A stretch of DNA of 64,000 nucleotides, from the NCBI GenBank assembly GCA_964016885.1, contig OZ024746.1:23870001-23934000 (forward strand), given 5' to 3'. Numbering within the stretch: the stretch's first letter is position 1; each line of letters starts with the position of its first letter. Under the pieces are notes generated by a model. It worked only from the letters and a program-made list of their open reading frames with translations, was not told the origin of the DNA and did no database searches. The position numbers and the translations under genes were made by a program. Shown piece by piece: positions 27,410 through 41,249 of this stretch. The DNA comes from Eledone cirrhosa. Lineage: Eukaryota.

Positions 27410-28070
27410 TGTGCTGTCTTTGGTACACAAGTGCTCGGTGCTAAAAGATTTACCAGTATCATCATTTATTTTTGACTCCCATTTGCTTTATTTACTTTGT
27501 CTGGGCCTAAACAAAACATACCAATAATGTCTTTGGTACACAAGTGGTGGGTGGTAAAAGATATACCAGTAATATCTGTGGTATGTAAGGAGTGGGGGGT
27601 AAAAGATGAAACAGTAATGTTTTCGTGACACAAGGAGTGGGAGATAAAATGTGTACCAGTAATATCTTTGGTACAGGAGGAGTGTGAGGTAAAAGATGCA
27701 CCAGTAATATATTTGGCACACAAGTACGCAAGTAATGGGTGGTAAAAGATGTGTTAGTAATGTGCTTGGTACACAAGAGCTGGGGGTGAAAGATGATATT
27801 TTTGGTCACAAAGAGTGAGAAGTGAAAGATGTACCAGTTATATTTTTGGTCACATGGGGTGAGAGGTGAAAGATGTACCAGAACATTTTTTTCATTCAAA
27901 GAGTTAAATATACACCCGTTCATTTATTTTCAACTTCCATTTGCTTTATTTACTTTGTCTGGCCTGTGGTTACACATTAAACATAAACCAATAAAAAATA
28001 TACCAATAAAGTCTTTGGTACACAAGTAGTAGGTGGTGAAAGATGTCTTTGACTACTCAAAGAGTTAAAT
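27410..28070. repeat. Degenerate ~40-bp tandem array, probably subterminal repeats of a TTAA-type element
   Basis: Unit ccagtaatatctttggtacacaag...ggtaaaagatgta; tcaaagagttaa ends at ~27907 and ~28067. Confidence 0.7.
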
Positions 28071-28324
28071 ATAAATACATTGATTTAATTCCAACTTCCA
28101 TTATATTGTGACAATGTGTGCAAGAACCATTGTAGTCTTGAAGTAATATTTTTGGAGAGCCAAGTTGACAGTTTGGTTTTGATTTCTCAGTTCCAGTTTC
28201 AACCATTTTATTTTTCTACCATCTCTAATACTTTTCAATATATTATATATATCACAATACCATTTTCAGTAACCCTTAAATATGTCATTGTACCATATAC
28301 ATGCATATATATATTTTTTTATAT

Positions 28325-29260
28325 TATCATCCTCATCATCAATATTTTCCATGCTTGAATGGGTTGGATGGGTCTTCTCCACTACTGTGACTCCACACTA
28401 TAGTAGTTATTATTCATCTCCTTCATGAGATTTGACTTCAACCTGAGATCAGACTTCACCATTTCTTCCCATGTCTTCTGGAGTCTTCCTCTCTCATAGG
28501 ACTCTTCCACTTGGATTACTTAGCACTTGTTTATCAAACTGGCATTCTCCATACCCATCTTGTCTCTACCAGTGCAGTCTCCTCACTAGCACACTACTTT
28601 TGATATATCCAGTTTTTCTTTTAACATATCTGCTCTTTACCATTCATTCACACTAACATTGCACGTGCGGCAAAGCATGCTAGCTTAATTTCTTTCTAGT
28701 TTTTTGCACACCCTTTACATTCAGTGCTTATACTTCACTACCATGCAACATTGCTTTTCATACACCAGCATCATACAATCTACTCAGAAAAGAGAATTCC
28801 TTTGTTACCAGTAGAGGGAATAGTAATCTGAACTTTTACTCTGGTTGCTATGTTTTGGAAGGTTTATGAAACAGTTTTGTATTGTAAAACAAGGAGCAGT
28901 TTTAAGCAGTTTGGCATCAAAATGTTTAAACCTAAAACAATTACCCCATTGGAATTTCTAAATTTTCCTTGAAATACTGAAATTTCCTCTGGTTGCTATG
29001 TTTTGGAACACCTACTTCCATTGCTAATCAAGTCAATTAAATAACAGAAACTATCAGCTACTTCTATCGAGCCTTCTGAGTAGTTAAAAGAATTTATTTC
29101 ATGTGTGTTCTCACTGTCAACTATACCTGTACATCTGCTACAGACAAAGACTTCCTTGTCAGTCTGTGATACCACTGCACAATGGCATTCCTAGCTACTC
29201 TTTTTCATATTCAGAATGGTGGCTCCTTCCCAGATGGAAGCAGAGTTCTGTTGTTTTCCC
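28325..29260 (-). mobile_element. Old, heavily decayed RTE LINE of the PHD-type group, interrupted by a MITE fragment
   Basis: Minus strand agattgtatgatgct...gcaatgttgcatggtagtgaa (RLYDA..AMLHGSE) and ccatctgggaag (PSGK); the insert at ~28861-28987 is flanked by direct repeat ctctggttgctatgttttggaa. Confidence 0.7.
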
Positions 29261-29643
29261 TCATTATCATCTTTAATGCCCATTTTCCATGCCAGCATGG
29301 GTTAGATGAGCTGTCCCGTTGTGAGACAAGTCAAATTAGGTGACCATGTCTTGTTAGGAATATCTTCTGTAATTCTTCAACAGATATTGTTGGTGAATAA
29401 TAGCATAATTGGTTAAGATCAATTGCATTTAGGGTCAATTGAACCAAGTATTGGATTCCTGCATTTTTGAGAGAGGAAAGTGACATGCACATGCACTCAT
29501 ACACCCTTACACAGGCATGCAAACACACACACACACACCTATAAACATGCATCCACACATATATACATACACATGTATGCCTACACCCTTATACATGCAT
29601 GTAAACATATACACATGTGCATACACATATATGCACACATACA

Positions 29644-30736
29644 TCAGTATGTAGGAAAGGTGTAGGTAGGAACTCCATTCTTTGCCCCAAATGCAAACAA
29701 TGGGTACACAAGAGATGTAGCGGGATCTCAGGAAGCTTAATTAAGAATGTAGGATTCACATGCAGCAGCTGTGCTGAAACAGCAAGCAAACAGCCACAGG
29801 AAACAAGTACCACCAATCTCTGGGAGGGCCCTGTAGAAACAGTAGACAGCTTCTGCTACCTAGGTGACCGAATTAGCAACGGAGGTGGGTGCTCAGAAAG
29901 TACAATAACTAGGGTAAGAACGGGATGGAAGAAGTTTAGGGAACTACTACCACTGCTAGCTGCAAAAGGCTTCTCCCTCAGAATGAAAGGCAGACTGTAT
30001 GATGCGTGTATCCGAACAGCGATGTTGCATGGTAGTGAGACCTGGGCGCTGAAGGTGGAAGACTTACGTAGATTAGAGAGAAACGAAGCCTGCATGCTCC
30101 GATGGATGTGTAACAGTAATATACGTGAACGACAAAGCATAAATGAATTGAGAGAGAGACTGAGCATAAGAGGAATCAAATGCTGCGTGCAGGAGAGGCG
30201 GTTACGCTGGTATGGACATGTGATGCGTATGAAGGATGACAGCTGCATAAAAAGGTGCAGAGCACTAGAAGTTGATGGAAACCGCGGAGTGGGGAGACCC
30301 AAGATGACTTGGGATGAGGTGATAAAAGCCGACCTTACCCAACTACACCTCTCAAAGTCAATGACACACGACCGTGACTTCTGGCGTCACGCAGTAATAC
30401 AGGGTACCCGACCTCCCATGGGTACATGCTGAAGCATATAAACAATATGCCCCCCCCCCCCACCGCAAGGTGGTCGTGGAGGTGCCACGGCAAAAAAGCA
30501 CCCAGCCCACACTGTAAAGTGGACGTGTAGGCGCCACGAAAAAGCACCCAGCACTCACTGTAAATGAGGTTGGTGTTAGGAAGGGCATCCAGCTGTAGAA
30601 ATCAAGCCAGATCAGTTCCTGTATGAGCAAGGCATGGTCAGCCGACCAGACACTGCCCACAACAGGACAACCCGTCTAACCCATGCTAGCGTGGAAGAAC
30701 GGACGTAAAACGGTGATGATGATGATGTGATGATGA
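29644..30736 (+). mobile_element. 5'-truncated young RTE LINE, family B, with an uninterrupted 260-aa ORF end
   Basis: [28 protein letters not shown]...FTCSSC (PHD-like), [30 protein letters not shown]; stop 30432; 3'UTR and (GAT)n. Confidence 0.94.
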
Positions 30737-31770
30737 TACGTGCATTCATGCACACACACACGCACACGCACACACACACGCACCCACACATGCACACACA
30801 TGCACACTAATACACATAGACTGGAATTTCTTTAGTTTCCTTATACCTTCTGGTGAAATGTTCAGAAAACCCTTTTACAAATAGAGACCAATAAAATGAG
30901 TTCTGGGAGGGTCAAAATATTTTACTAAAACTCTTGCCTCAGCATGGCCACATTACTATGACTGGAACCAGTAAAAGAATAAAGAATATATACAGATTAA
31001 ACCTTTTTAATATAATTTTCTAAGTGAAGATGTTATGTTGTATGGTTACAAAATTCCTTTTTAAACATTTTGTTACCATATTTTTGATAAAAGACAATTC
31101 CTGTGATTTTCAAATTATTTTGAAAATAATCAAGCATTTGGAGATATTTAGTTAAAATAACTAACTTTTTCATTATTTAACTGGTGTTGTTAGAGCGTCG
31201 GACACCATGCTTTGCAGCAAGTAGTTAAGGCACTTTATTTTCTGAGTTCAAATCCCACCAAGGTTAGCTTTGCCTTCATCATTATTTGATTTGATTGATT
31301 TTCCCTTTCTCTAAAATTGTTGGCTTTGTGCCTAAATCAGAAACCATTAGTTAGCTGATATTTGGAACGTAACTTAACAAAAGTTCTCACATGAAATTAT
31401 GATGGAAGGTCTATGAAACAGTTTTGTCTTGTAAACCCAGGAGCAGTTTCTGGTGGTTTGGTATCAAAAGGGTGACACCTAAAACAAATAACCCCTGGAA
31501 CTTCTAAATTTTCCTGCTAAAAAAATTCTTGTGCTCTACCGAGTACGTTTTATCATGACACCAGCACTAGAAAGGTTGTCATATCTTTGACCTAACTAAC
31601 CAGCCCTTTCTACAGCTGAATGCCTTTCCTATCACCAACCACTGTTGATCACAAATGCATATTATATATATATATATTTGTATATGTAAAAGGTAAACAG
31701 AAATAACAACACAATTGGTACAGTATATGGAAGGAATATATTAGTTTAATGCTTGAAATAGGAGGAAGAG

Positions 31771-31814
31771 AGTCTTAACTTTTCGGACACTAGTCCTTCA
31801 TCAGAAGAAAGACT
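31771..31814 (-). ncRNA. Minimal type I hammerhead motif, same family as 23098, in a pLTR remnant (~31685-31900)
   Basis: Minus strand agtctttctt-ctgatga-a-gga ctagtg tcc-gaaaagtt-aagact; shares the 3' end ttgttatttctgtttaccttttac with the 23-kb copy. Confidence 0.7.
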
Positions 31815-32115
31815 GAGAAATTATAAAGTTAGAAAGATAGGCAAGGCGGACTCGGAAAGAATGTTTTTAGAGAAAAATAACAGGCCCATTCATGTTGCCA
31901 TTTTGGAAAATTGTTGATGCTGGCGTTTTGTGTATGATATACTTTTTTTAGAAAAGTGGATGATGGAGCACGTCTACCTGAAATGGAAAAAAAACATTTT
32001 GTATATAGAACTATATTTGTGCATACGTGCGTGTGTGTGTGTGTGTGTTATTATACGTATGTACGAAGCTAAGAGGATATGTGTGTGTGTATATGTAAGT
32101 AAAAGTGTGTGCGCT

Positions 32116-32225
32116 ACATACAGGCAGGCATACAGACAGACATACAGGCAGACATACAGGCAGGCATACAGACAGACATACAGACAGACATACAGACAGA
32201 CATACAGACAGACATACAGACAGAT
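32116..32225. repeat. 12-bp tandem repeat (ACAGACAGACAT)n
   Basis: Direct inspection. Confidence 0.9.
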
Positions 32226-33019
32226 GGACAGTCATGAAAAATAGTAAACTGTCAAGAACTTTCTGATGGTCCTTTAGTTATGTCAAGGATATGATAACCT
32301 CCATACCCCCCTAGTTTTGGTTATCTACATGATAAAAGCACCCAGTACATGCTGTAAAGCAGTTGCTGTAGAAACCTTGCGATTCAAGGGGTTGAGAAGA
32401 CCCTTCATTTTTGTGTAAAAAGACATTTCTGCTGTACTGTATGACAAAGATATTTAGTTAATTATTTATTGATTACAGGAAATTTTTATATAGAGATTTG
32501 TATAAAACTGATCCTTTAAGGTTCAATAAAACACCTCCCTGAGGTCTGCACTTTAGACAACTACTTAGTTGATCTTGATATAGGGCTTGCCTGTTGGTGG
32601 GCGAATATTTACCTGTTACTCAGGTAATGTTTCACAGATGCAGTTTAGAATATCCACTTATTACAAATTCCCACTAATTATCTCTAATATATCATTCCAT
32701 TAAAACTCCCATTACACAAATACAATGAAAACTGTTTACAAATATTTACAAACTCCTCTTATGTTGTATTAAATCATTTAAGTGTGGTGATTTCAAGAAA
32801 TGTCTTTAGTATTTCTCTAATATGTTTGTGCGTGTATCCGGTTTAGAGAAAGGACACCATATCCTTGCATGTGACAAGAGGTGACTAAACGGGTTGATAC
32901 CAAGAACATCCATCTGTAAAACATTGCCTCAAAATAGACACCTTGATCAACAGGATGTCTGTCATGGGGCCTGCAAGGGAACACCCTGCTATAGTAGGCA
33001 AAGATGCCTTGAAAGGCCA

Positions 33020-33502
33020 ATACACACACACACACACACCTACTCAGGCACACACCTACTCAGGCACACACCTACTCAGGCACACACCTACTCAGACACA
33101 CACCTACTCAGACACACATCTACGCAGACACACACCTACTCAGACACACACGTACACCTACGCACACATGCACACACTCACATACACGCACGCACACACA
33201 CACGTACACGCACACACACACCTACGTACACGCACACACACACACACACCTACGTACACGCACACACACACGTACACGCACGCACTCACGTACGCACGCA
33301 CACACGTACGCGCACGCACACGTACGCACGTACACGCACACACGTACGCACACACGCACGCACGCACGCACACACGCACACATACGCGCACACACGTACA
33401 CACACACTACACACTACACACACACGCACACGCATACACACGTACACACACACGTACACACACACACACGTACACACACACACACGTACACACACACGCA
33501 CA

Positions 33503-33533
<31 letters not shown>

Positions 33534-33620
33534 GTACAGACACGTACACACACGTACACACACGTACACACACGTACACGTACACACGTACACACACACA
33601 CACACACACACACGTATATA
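33020..33620. repeat. Complex (CA)/(CACG)/(CGTA) tract with 16-bp units cacacacctactcagg
   Basis: Direct inspection. Confidence 0.9.
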
Positions 33621-34035
33621 CTCATATATACATACATTCAAGGGCAGCGAATTGGCAGAGTCACTAGAGCATCAGACAGAATGATTTGCAGTATTCGTTC
33701 CAGTTCTCTTCTCTCAGAGGTCAACTTTGCTTTTCCCACTGAGGTCAACTTTGCTTTTCATTCTTTTGAGGACGATAAAAAATGTACCAGTCTAGTACTG
33801 GGGTCAATTCTTCCTTAAAATCCCTTTCTCACTTTCTCTCACTCTCAATCCTTCTCTGGGAGAAATCTGTTGTGTTCAGGCCTGAAAAGAGAAGTACTCT
33901 GCCGGGTTAATGCCCTAGAAACTGTGTATGCCACTGTAGTGGCCCTACAACACTAATAGGAGTTTCATGACTATCACATCATACATACATATACACACAT
34001 ACACACATTGTGTATGTGTGTATATATATGTATGC

Positions 34036-34078
<43 letters not shown>

Positions 34079-34088
34079 ATAGTGTATA

Positions 34089-34260
34089 TACAATGTTTAA
34101 TATAGAAATGGGTTCTGCAGGACTAGAACTGTTTCCTGATGATTTCCTTCGAATGAAACAGTTCTAGTCCTGTAGAAGCCATTTCTATGTTAAACATTGT
34201 ACATAGTCTATGTATTGAGTACCTTACTTGCTGTGGTTACCCCCGATTGAACCTGGAATA
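34089..34260 (+). mobile_element. Penelope-like 3' remnant: hammerhead core inside a 47-bp inverted repeat
   Basis: Arms 34089-34135 and 34155-34201 (3 mismatches); the loop begins ctgatga and the right arm begins gaaac; ends in (CA)n. Confidence 0.6.
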
Positions 34261-34301
34261 CACACACACACACACACACATCTATCTATATATATATATA
34301 T

Positions 34302-34512
34302 GATAAAGCCAAAACAATGCAGGTATGGACATAGAATAAAGAATGCAAATGCAAAAGATATTGTTGACAATTAGTCTTTTACCTTAGATTTATTTAAATG
34401 TCCTTAATTTTCGAGATAATATCTCTTCTTCGGAGGGAAGTAAAGTGGTTAAACCAGTGTTCTAAATAGCTTGCCAAGTCATGCTTGGCAAGCTATTTAG
34501 AACACTGGTTTA
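34302..34512 (-). mobile_element. Penelope-like remnant with degenerate hammerhead (34401-34437) and a perfect 29-bp hairpin (34450-34512)
   Basis: Minus strand ccct-ccgaaga-a-gagat att atctc-gaaaatt-aagga; taaaccagtgttctaaatagcttgccaag/tcatg/exact reverse complement. Confidence 0.55.
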
Positions 34513-34573
34513 TCATACATATACAAACGTTTATACCTCATTACACAATGCTTCAAGTGAACTATAACCTCCT

Positions 34574-34642
<69 letters not shown>

Positions 34643-34934
34643 CTTTTACTGATCTCAGTCATCAGACTGCAGACATGCTGGAGCACCACCTTAAAAGGAT
34701 TTAGCCAATCCTATCAAACCCACTACTTATTGCTTTTCATGTTTAGCACTTAATTTTGTTGATCTATTTTTGTTAAATTACTAAATTGCAGGACATATGC
34801 CCCCCCCCCCCCCCCACACACACACACGGTAAACTTGCAGTTTCTGTCTACCAAATTTCACTCACACATTAGTCAGCCTCAGGCTATAGGAGTAGTCTCT
34901 TGCCATTATATATATATGTTTACATGCACACTTA

Positions 34935-34967
<33 letters not shown>

Positions 34968-35605
34968 GTACATATATATATGTATACACACATATATATA
35001 TATATATACCCATATATGCGTGTAAGATGATGATATATATATATATAGCAAAATATGTCTGGGCTATTAATACAGCTGCTAAAAGCCAACAATAAAGTGA
35101 ATAATGGATTTATGACTTATATCTAAAAATGTCCCCCAAAATAAGAATGGACATAACAAAGTATATTATTCAAAGCTAATATAATTTACAAAATATACAC
35201 TGAAAAGCTTTTTGTACATGTTGTCAGTTAATGGGTTAAATCTTCAAAGAATATATAGAAATTAGTAGAATATAAAAAAAATATTTATTTATAGCTTTTA
35301 AGATGTGAATGATAGGAAGGGGAGAATGGATACCATCTTTGAATTCAGTACACCAAATAACTATAGAATCAACACTCCAAATGAATTTTTTTTTAAATGA
35401 TAAAAGATGATAAAAAAAAAATTACACAAGCTGGTATTCACAAAAATAATTTTTTTCAAAATTAGAATCAATTAAACAATTAGTTTTTTTTGTGTTTTCT
35501 TTAGATGTAAAATATATATTTACCAGCTCACAATCATAAGTTCACAAGTTTGATTCTTGGCAGTGTGTTGAATCTCTCAGCATAACATTATATTATTGCA
35601 GGTTG

Positions 35606-35793
35606 GATTGGCGGTGGATTGGCAGTATCGGTAGAGGGTCGGACGCCATGCTTTCCAGCATAGTTACGTCCCTTTACGATCTGAGTTCAAATCCCGCCGA
35701 GGTTGACTTTGCCTTTCATCCTTACGGGGTCGATAAAATAAAGTACCAGTAATGTACTGGGTAATTGCTGGCCTTGTGCCAAAGGTAGAAACA
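35606..35793 (+). mobile_element. Young Meta-like SINE inserted into an older CORE-like SINE; 14-bp TSD
   Basis: TSD attattgcaggttg at 35592-35605 and 35794-35807. Confidence 0.85.
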
Positions 35794-36107
35794 ATTATTG
35801 CAGGTTGCTCCAGTTAAACTCGGTTTGAAAAAATAAAATGTGTTATATCTGTAGTTGACAGAACCAACAATGTCACACATTATGTCACACTGAATCCTCC
35901 TGAGAACTGTTAAATGTACAGATGTCTGTGGAATGTTCAACCACTTTCCCTTTAAATTTATGAGCAGGCTATGCCATTGACAGAACAACTGGAGCATTCC
36001 TCATGGGAATCAACAAGGGTCAGGAAAATATTTGTAGAATATAAATTATGAATCAGAAATTTTGGTCTTCTTCTTTGTCCACTTAAACCTGAGAGGGTTG
36101 TAGAGGC

Positions 36108-36760
36108 ATAGTCCTCAAACAGCTCTACTTGGAGTGACACTCTGATCTCCAAGCTATGCACTCTATCGAGTAATGTTACTCTAAAGGCCTTTTGGAGAAA
36201 CCGCATTTCGACCGCTTATATTCACAATTGTATTCTTTCAGTCATTACCCAAGATTCATAACAATAGGTAAGGATTGGCATGAATACTGAATTGAAGATA
36301 GCGAGTTTGGCTTTTACACCTACCTCCTTTCTTCTGATTACCGAATGCTGAAGCTGGTACTTTACTGCACCAGCTCCTGCAATTCTTGCACTTAATTCAG
36401 ACTCCTGTCTTCCATCACTTGTGAACACGGCTCCAAGATACGTGAACTTCTTCACCTGCTTCAGTGGAACTCCATTTACATGTAGAGTGCACTGCACAGG
36501 CTTCCTTGAGAGGACAAGTGTCTTAGTTTTCAGCATCAAACCTATAAAGTGCAAGTCAGAAATCATCTTCTGTTGAGAAGTAACACCATGTCATCTGCAA
36601 ATTCCAGCCAACTGATTTTACACCTGCCAATCGTGATACCACTTCCAGCCTGGCTGCACATATCAATCCTGTTCATGAAAATAATGAACAGGAGAGGTGA
36701 CAGTATGCACTGTTGGTGGTGTCTGACTCCCACATTGAATGGTTTTGATTTAGCATGTGT
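36108..36760 (-). mobile_element. Decayed Rex3/Expander-like RTE LINE reverse transcriptase fragment
   Basis: LSPLLFIIFMNRI...LEFADDMVLL / KFTYLGAVFTSDGR...KAKLAIFNSVFMPILTYCYESWVMTER / MRFL..VTLLDRV across frameshifts. Confidence 0.88.
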
Positions 36761-37959
36761 AAGACAATAAATACTCTGGTGTTTTAGGGAGTATGTTGTT
36801 GAAAGAATTTTAAACCTAAAATTATTTACCATATATACTTGTGTATAATTCACAACTTTTCCCCCAAAATATGATATTAAAATAATCAGCATCTAGTTTA
36901 TCTACTGGACTTCGAAAACTTCAATTCAAAATATATGGTACATTAGAAATACAACAATAATAACAACATGTTTTAAGGTCATTTTTCTTGTTGAAGCAGG
37001 ACTTAATTATGTAGGCTTCACAGTTGACTTCATACACATCATGGGATCCTTTTTGAGGCAATGTTTTACAGACAGATGACCTTCCTGGCCCCAACCATTT
37101 GTTAATTACCTCTCACAGCATGCAGGGATACAGTATATCTATTTTAAACCAGATACACATAGCATATTGTTTTATTTTATTCTAGCTTCTCCCGCTCAGC
37201 TCCCTATAGGTCACTCTTCTTACCTTGCCCTGAACCGCTGGCACTACAAAATAAAATATGCAACCCACTAGACATACAAACATGTTGCTTGAGATACACC
37301 AACACATTATATTGTAAATGTATATAAAATGGAGGTGTGACTTACACATAAATATACTGAATATTAATGTAATTATATATATAATAGTGTATCTATGACC
37401 CTCTATATGCTTATATCTGAAATGGTAGCATAGCTAGATTTTGATTTGCCCGGGGCTATCCTTGAGTTTGTGGGTTCCCTACCACACAAAAACACAATAC
37501 ATTATGAATCATACATGCTGGCCTCCACTCCTGCCCCCACCAGCAGACCATCCTCCTTACATTCCTCCTTTCTCAGTTACTTTACTGATATGGACATGTA
37601 TAGATATGTAAAAGGAATGCATAAACATTAAGAAGGGTTTAATCCATATCCATTTAAAATACAATGAACAAAGCAAGTGGACAATAACAATAAATATGAG
37701 TCATAAATAAAAAGTTCCCTTTGCTGTGTGTGTGTACTACTGTGCTGTATTTATGTTGTGTGCAGTGGGTGCATCACTGCACTGTTGCTGTATTGGTATT
37801 GTGGTGCAACAAAATATTTTCACACAGTAGCTTTGGATTGAAGATATTTTTGCTCATAGCCTCAAAAGCTTTACTTAGTGGCAGGCAAAAATTTGGAGCA
37901 ACATTGGTCATATATATATATATATATATATATATATTACATACATACACACATTAATG

Positions 37960-38160
37960 ATTTAGGAACAAGGCCAACAATTTTTGGGAAGGGGAAAGTT
38001 GATAAGATCAACTCCAGTGCATTACTGGTACTTTATTTTATCGACCCCTGTGAAGATGAAAGGCAAAGCTAACCTCAGCAGGATTTGAACTCTGAATATA
38101 AAAGGACATAACTCTATACCACAAAGCATGGTGTCCAATGCTCTACTGATACTGCCAATC
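37960..38160 (-). mobile_element. Meta-like SINE, minus strand
   Basis: ctggtactttattttatcgacccc...gatgaaaggcaaag...ggatttgaactc...gatactgccaatcc. Confidence 0.8.
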
Positions 38161-38719
38161 CATTAGTGGACATACATATCTATTATATACATCTTGCTCA
38201 TACATACATTCCATATTTTGGCCCAGTTTATTTTTCCTGGATGCCTTTATTCGTATCAACCATTTTACAGAGTTTACTAGGTTCATTTTCTCACAAGACC
38301 TGCACAATATATGTACTCCCCCCCCCCCCCCACACACACATATTTTGTTTTCATTTTATTAGGGTTAAATAGTGAGTCTTGTTACGCTGGAGTTTCACCT
38401 GCTTTTCACAGGGTCACAGACAAAGAACTCATACGGATATATATATATATATTATAATAATCATATGGTACTTATGTTTATATATATATATATATATTTA
38501 TGAAAATTTTTTCTTCTATAGAGCATGTACATAAACTACCAGCAATTAATATTTAAAAACTATAAAATGTCAAATCAACAAATATTACATATAGATCAAT
38601 TAGTTGTGGTTCATCAAATATATTTATTTGTTGTTTTATATTATTTTTGTCGTTTAGTTTCTTCTTGTTTGATTCTTTTATTATAAATATCCTTTAAAAC
38701 ATCTCTAAAATAATATTAA

Positions 38720-38928
38720 CCATTTAGCATTTAAACCGGCCATATCCAGCCAGAATTCTCTCACCTCTTTCTGTTCAAACTGGCCATAACCTGCCACTCA
38801 TACTGATGTTAAGGTATTGTTCTCAAAATAAATAAACATCAAAATCTCATAGATTTGATATTATGTAAGATAAAGCCTTTACTGTGAAAATACAATAGTA
38901 AATATAGAGTAATGTAAATACTAAAGGG
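38720..38928. mobile_element. piggyBac-type MITE, second copy
   Basis: ttaa|ccatttagcatttaaaccggcc ... ctaaaggg|ttaa. Confidence 0.85.
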
Positions 38929-39224
38929 TTAAAAAAGGAAAAGAACCAATTATCAGATTGTACCAAGGAATCTGTTTCCATTGGATTTTCCATTGGTGAT
39001 ACTATCTGCCAGTCACAACTTCCTTGCAGATGAAGGCAGGATTTGAACTCAGAGTACACAGAACCAGCAAAGTATCCCATGTGACACTTTAACAATTCTA
39101 CCTATCAACTGCCACCCTGGACTGGTATTTTATTTATGAATTCTGGAAAGATGAAAGGCAAAGCTGACCTCAGCAGGATTTGAACTCAGGGCACAGTTAG
39201 CCAGAACAAATACAAATACATTTA

Positions 39225-39429
39225 CTGTATATACTCGAATATAAGGCAAAGAATATGTGGCCCCAAAAATCAGTGGTAAAATGGGAGGTTGACTTATATA
39301 CGCCATCTAAACATTGTGTTGACTAGCTGTCTTGGCTTATAAATGGGGTTTTAATTTTTGCCCATTTCTCAAACATAAATTAAGGGTGTTGGCTTATATT
39401 TGGGTTGACTTATATTCAAGTATATACGA
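39225..39429. mobile_element. Tc1/mariner superfamily (Tc2/pogo-like) MITE, TA TSD
   Basis: ta|ctgtatatactcgaatataag ... cttatattcaagtatatacga|ta, with internal repeats of gacttata. Confidence 0.75.
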
Positions 39430-41213
39430 TAATCTGACCCTCTAATGGCTACCAATTCAGTGCCTTAAATAAATGTAATGTTCTTCTAAAATAGTTTTTA
39501 TGTACCATTCTTCAGTTGAAGAATTAATGTGCTAAAGTCTAAGTGTGAATTTGTTGGAAGAGATGTTAGAGGCATCAGATTAAATATTTCACAGTATTTG
39601 TTGAGCTCTTTCTTTTCTGAGTTCAAAACCTACTGAGAACAACTTTGCCTTTCATCATTTCAGGGTTGATAAATAAATGTCCAGTCAAGGGTGGTAGATT
39701 GGTACGATTATTAAAGCATCGGTTTGTGATGATTTGTGGTAGTTTTTCACCCTTTGTGTTCTACGTTTCCCTGTGACATCACTGACATTAAACTGTACCA
39801 AACCTTGCCTTTTCCTTTGAGCAATATTGGTGGTATGAGGAAGGGAGATTTGCATGTATGGGGGACTGTTGGTGTTAAACATGTGTGTGTGAAATAATGA
39901 TTCACACAAATTAACCCTTTTAATAACAAACTACCTGCAACCAATCCCAGTTATATGATACAAATCTATTTGTTTTAAAATATTTACATTTATCTAAAAG
40001 ACTCCATCACAATGTTATGTAAAAATCTTTATGCTCCCAAATCCTTTGAAAATAATAGGCAGTGTCTTTCATTAGAAATATAGATATGAAATGGTTAAGT
40101 AAGGGTTAAAATGTTTGCTTAATGATATTACTTTAGATCTAAATTACAGTCCACCTGGTAAAGTGGTTGTGTTGGTGTCATGACAATAAAGTATTCAGTC
40201 CATACTGTAAAGCAGTTGTTTTGGTGCCAAGATACAATGCAGTCCACACTGTAAATGTTGTTGGCATTAGGAAGGGCATAAAGCTGTAGAAACCAAGCCA
40301 GAAAGAGTTCTGTATGAGCAAGACACGGTCATCTGATCTGGCTTGTCTCACAACGGTACAGCTCATCTAACCCATGCTAGTGTGGAAAAATGTGCCTTAA
40401 ATGGTGATAATGATGATGAAAACAATATAGGATCACATCATCAAATATAACATTACATTGTAGAAGATTTGATAGAGCATCTGACAAAATGCCTGCAGTA
40501 TTTAGTTACAACATTTTACATTTTAATTTGAAATCCTATAGAGGTTAACTTTGCCTTTCATTCTTCAGAACGTGAAGAAATAAAGTACCAGTCAGATACT
40601 GGGGTCAATTTAATTGACTTACCTCTCCCCACAAAATTCTAGCCTTGTGATTAAATTAGAAGCAGTTATGTCATCGTTGTTATTTTTAACATTTTTATAT
40701 TCAGTTGTTTTGTTTCTTTTTCTGATCATATTTTTTTTATGAGTTTATCAAAATACAAACATTTAAAACTTTTACTGCAATTAGCAGACTTCTAATTTGT
40801 TGATTAACTCTTAATGTCCTGTGCCACATGAAACCACACGAGCAAGACATTCTTGCAAAGTATAAAATGGTATTATAACTGCACCACATTAACAAGTAAA
40901 GTCTTTACTGTAATATTGTAAATGTCCACTAGTTAACATTTGAATGAACATATTTGTTTTTTAATATTTTCTGTCAAATCATTACAGGATGTTAAGAGTT
41001 ACAAAAAAAAAAATCTCATTTCCTTTTGCAGTGATATTAATTTGTTAGTCTTTGAATTGCTTTCAATTCCTTTTTTAGGTCTTTGCTGGCATTCCTCACA
41101 CCACCTTCTAGGTCAGCTATATTCTCGTGTTATTCGTTTGCTTGGAATGGAAAATACATTTATTTCGCTTTATTTTGCAATCATTTTAAACTGTGGCCAT
41201 AATTTCAATTTCA

Positions 41214-41249
<36 letters not shown>

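Noticed and set aside
27410-28070. Regularly spaced repeats resembling a CRISPR array
   Set aside because: Whole units are degenerate copies with no unique spacers; eukaryotic context and no cas genes.
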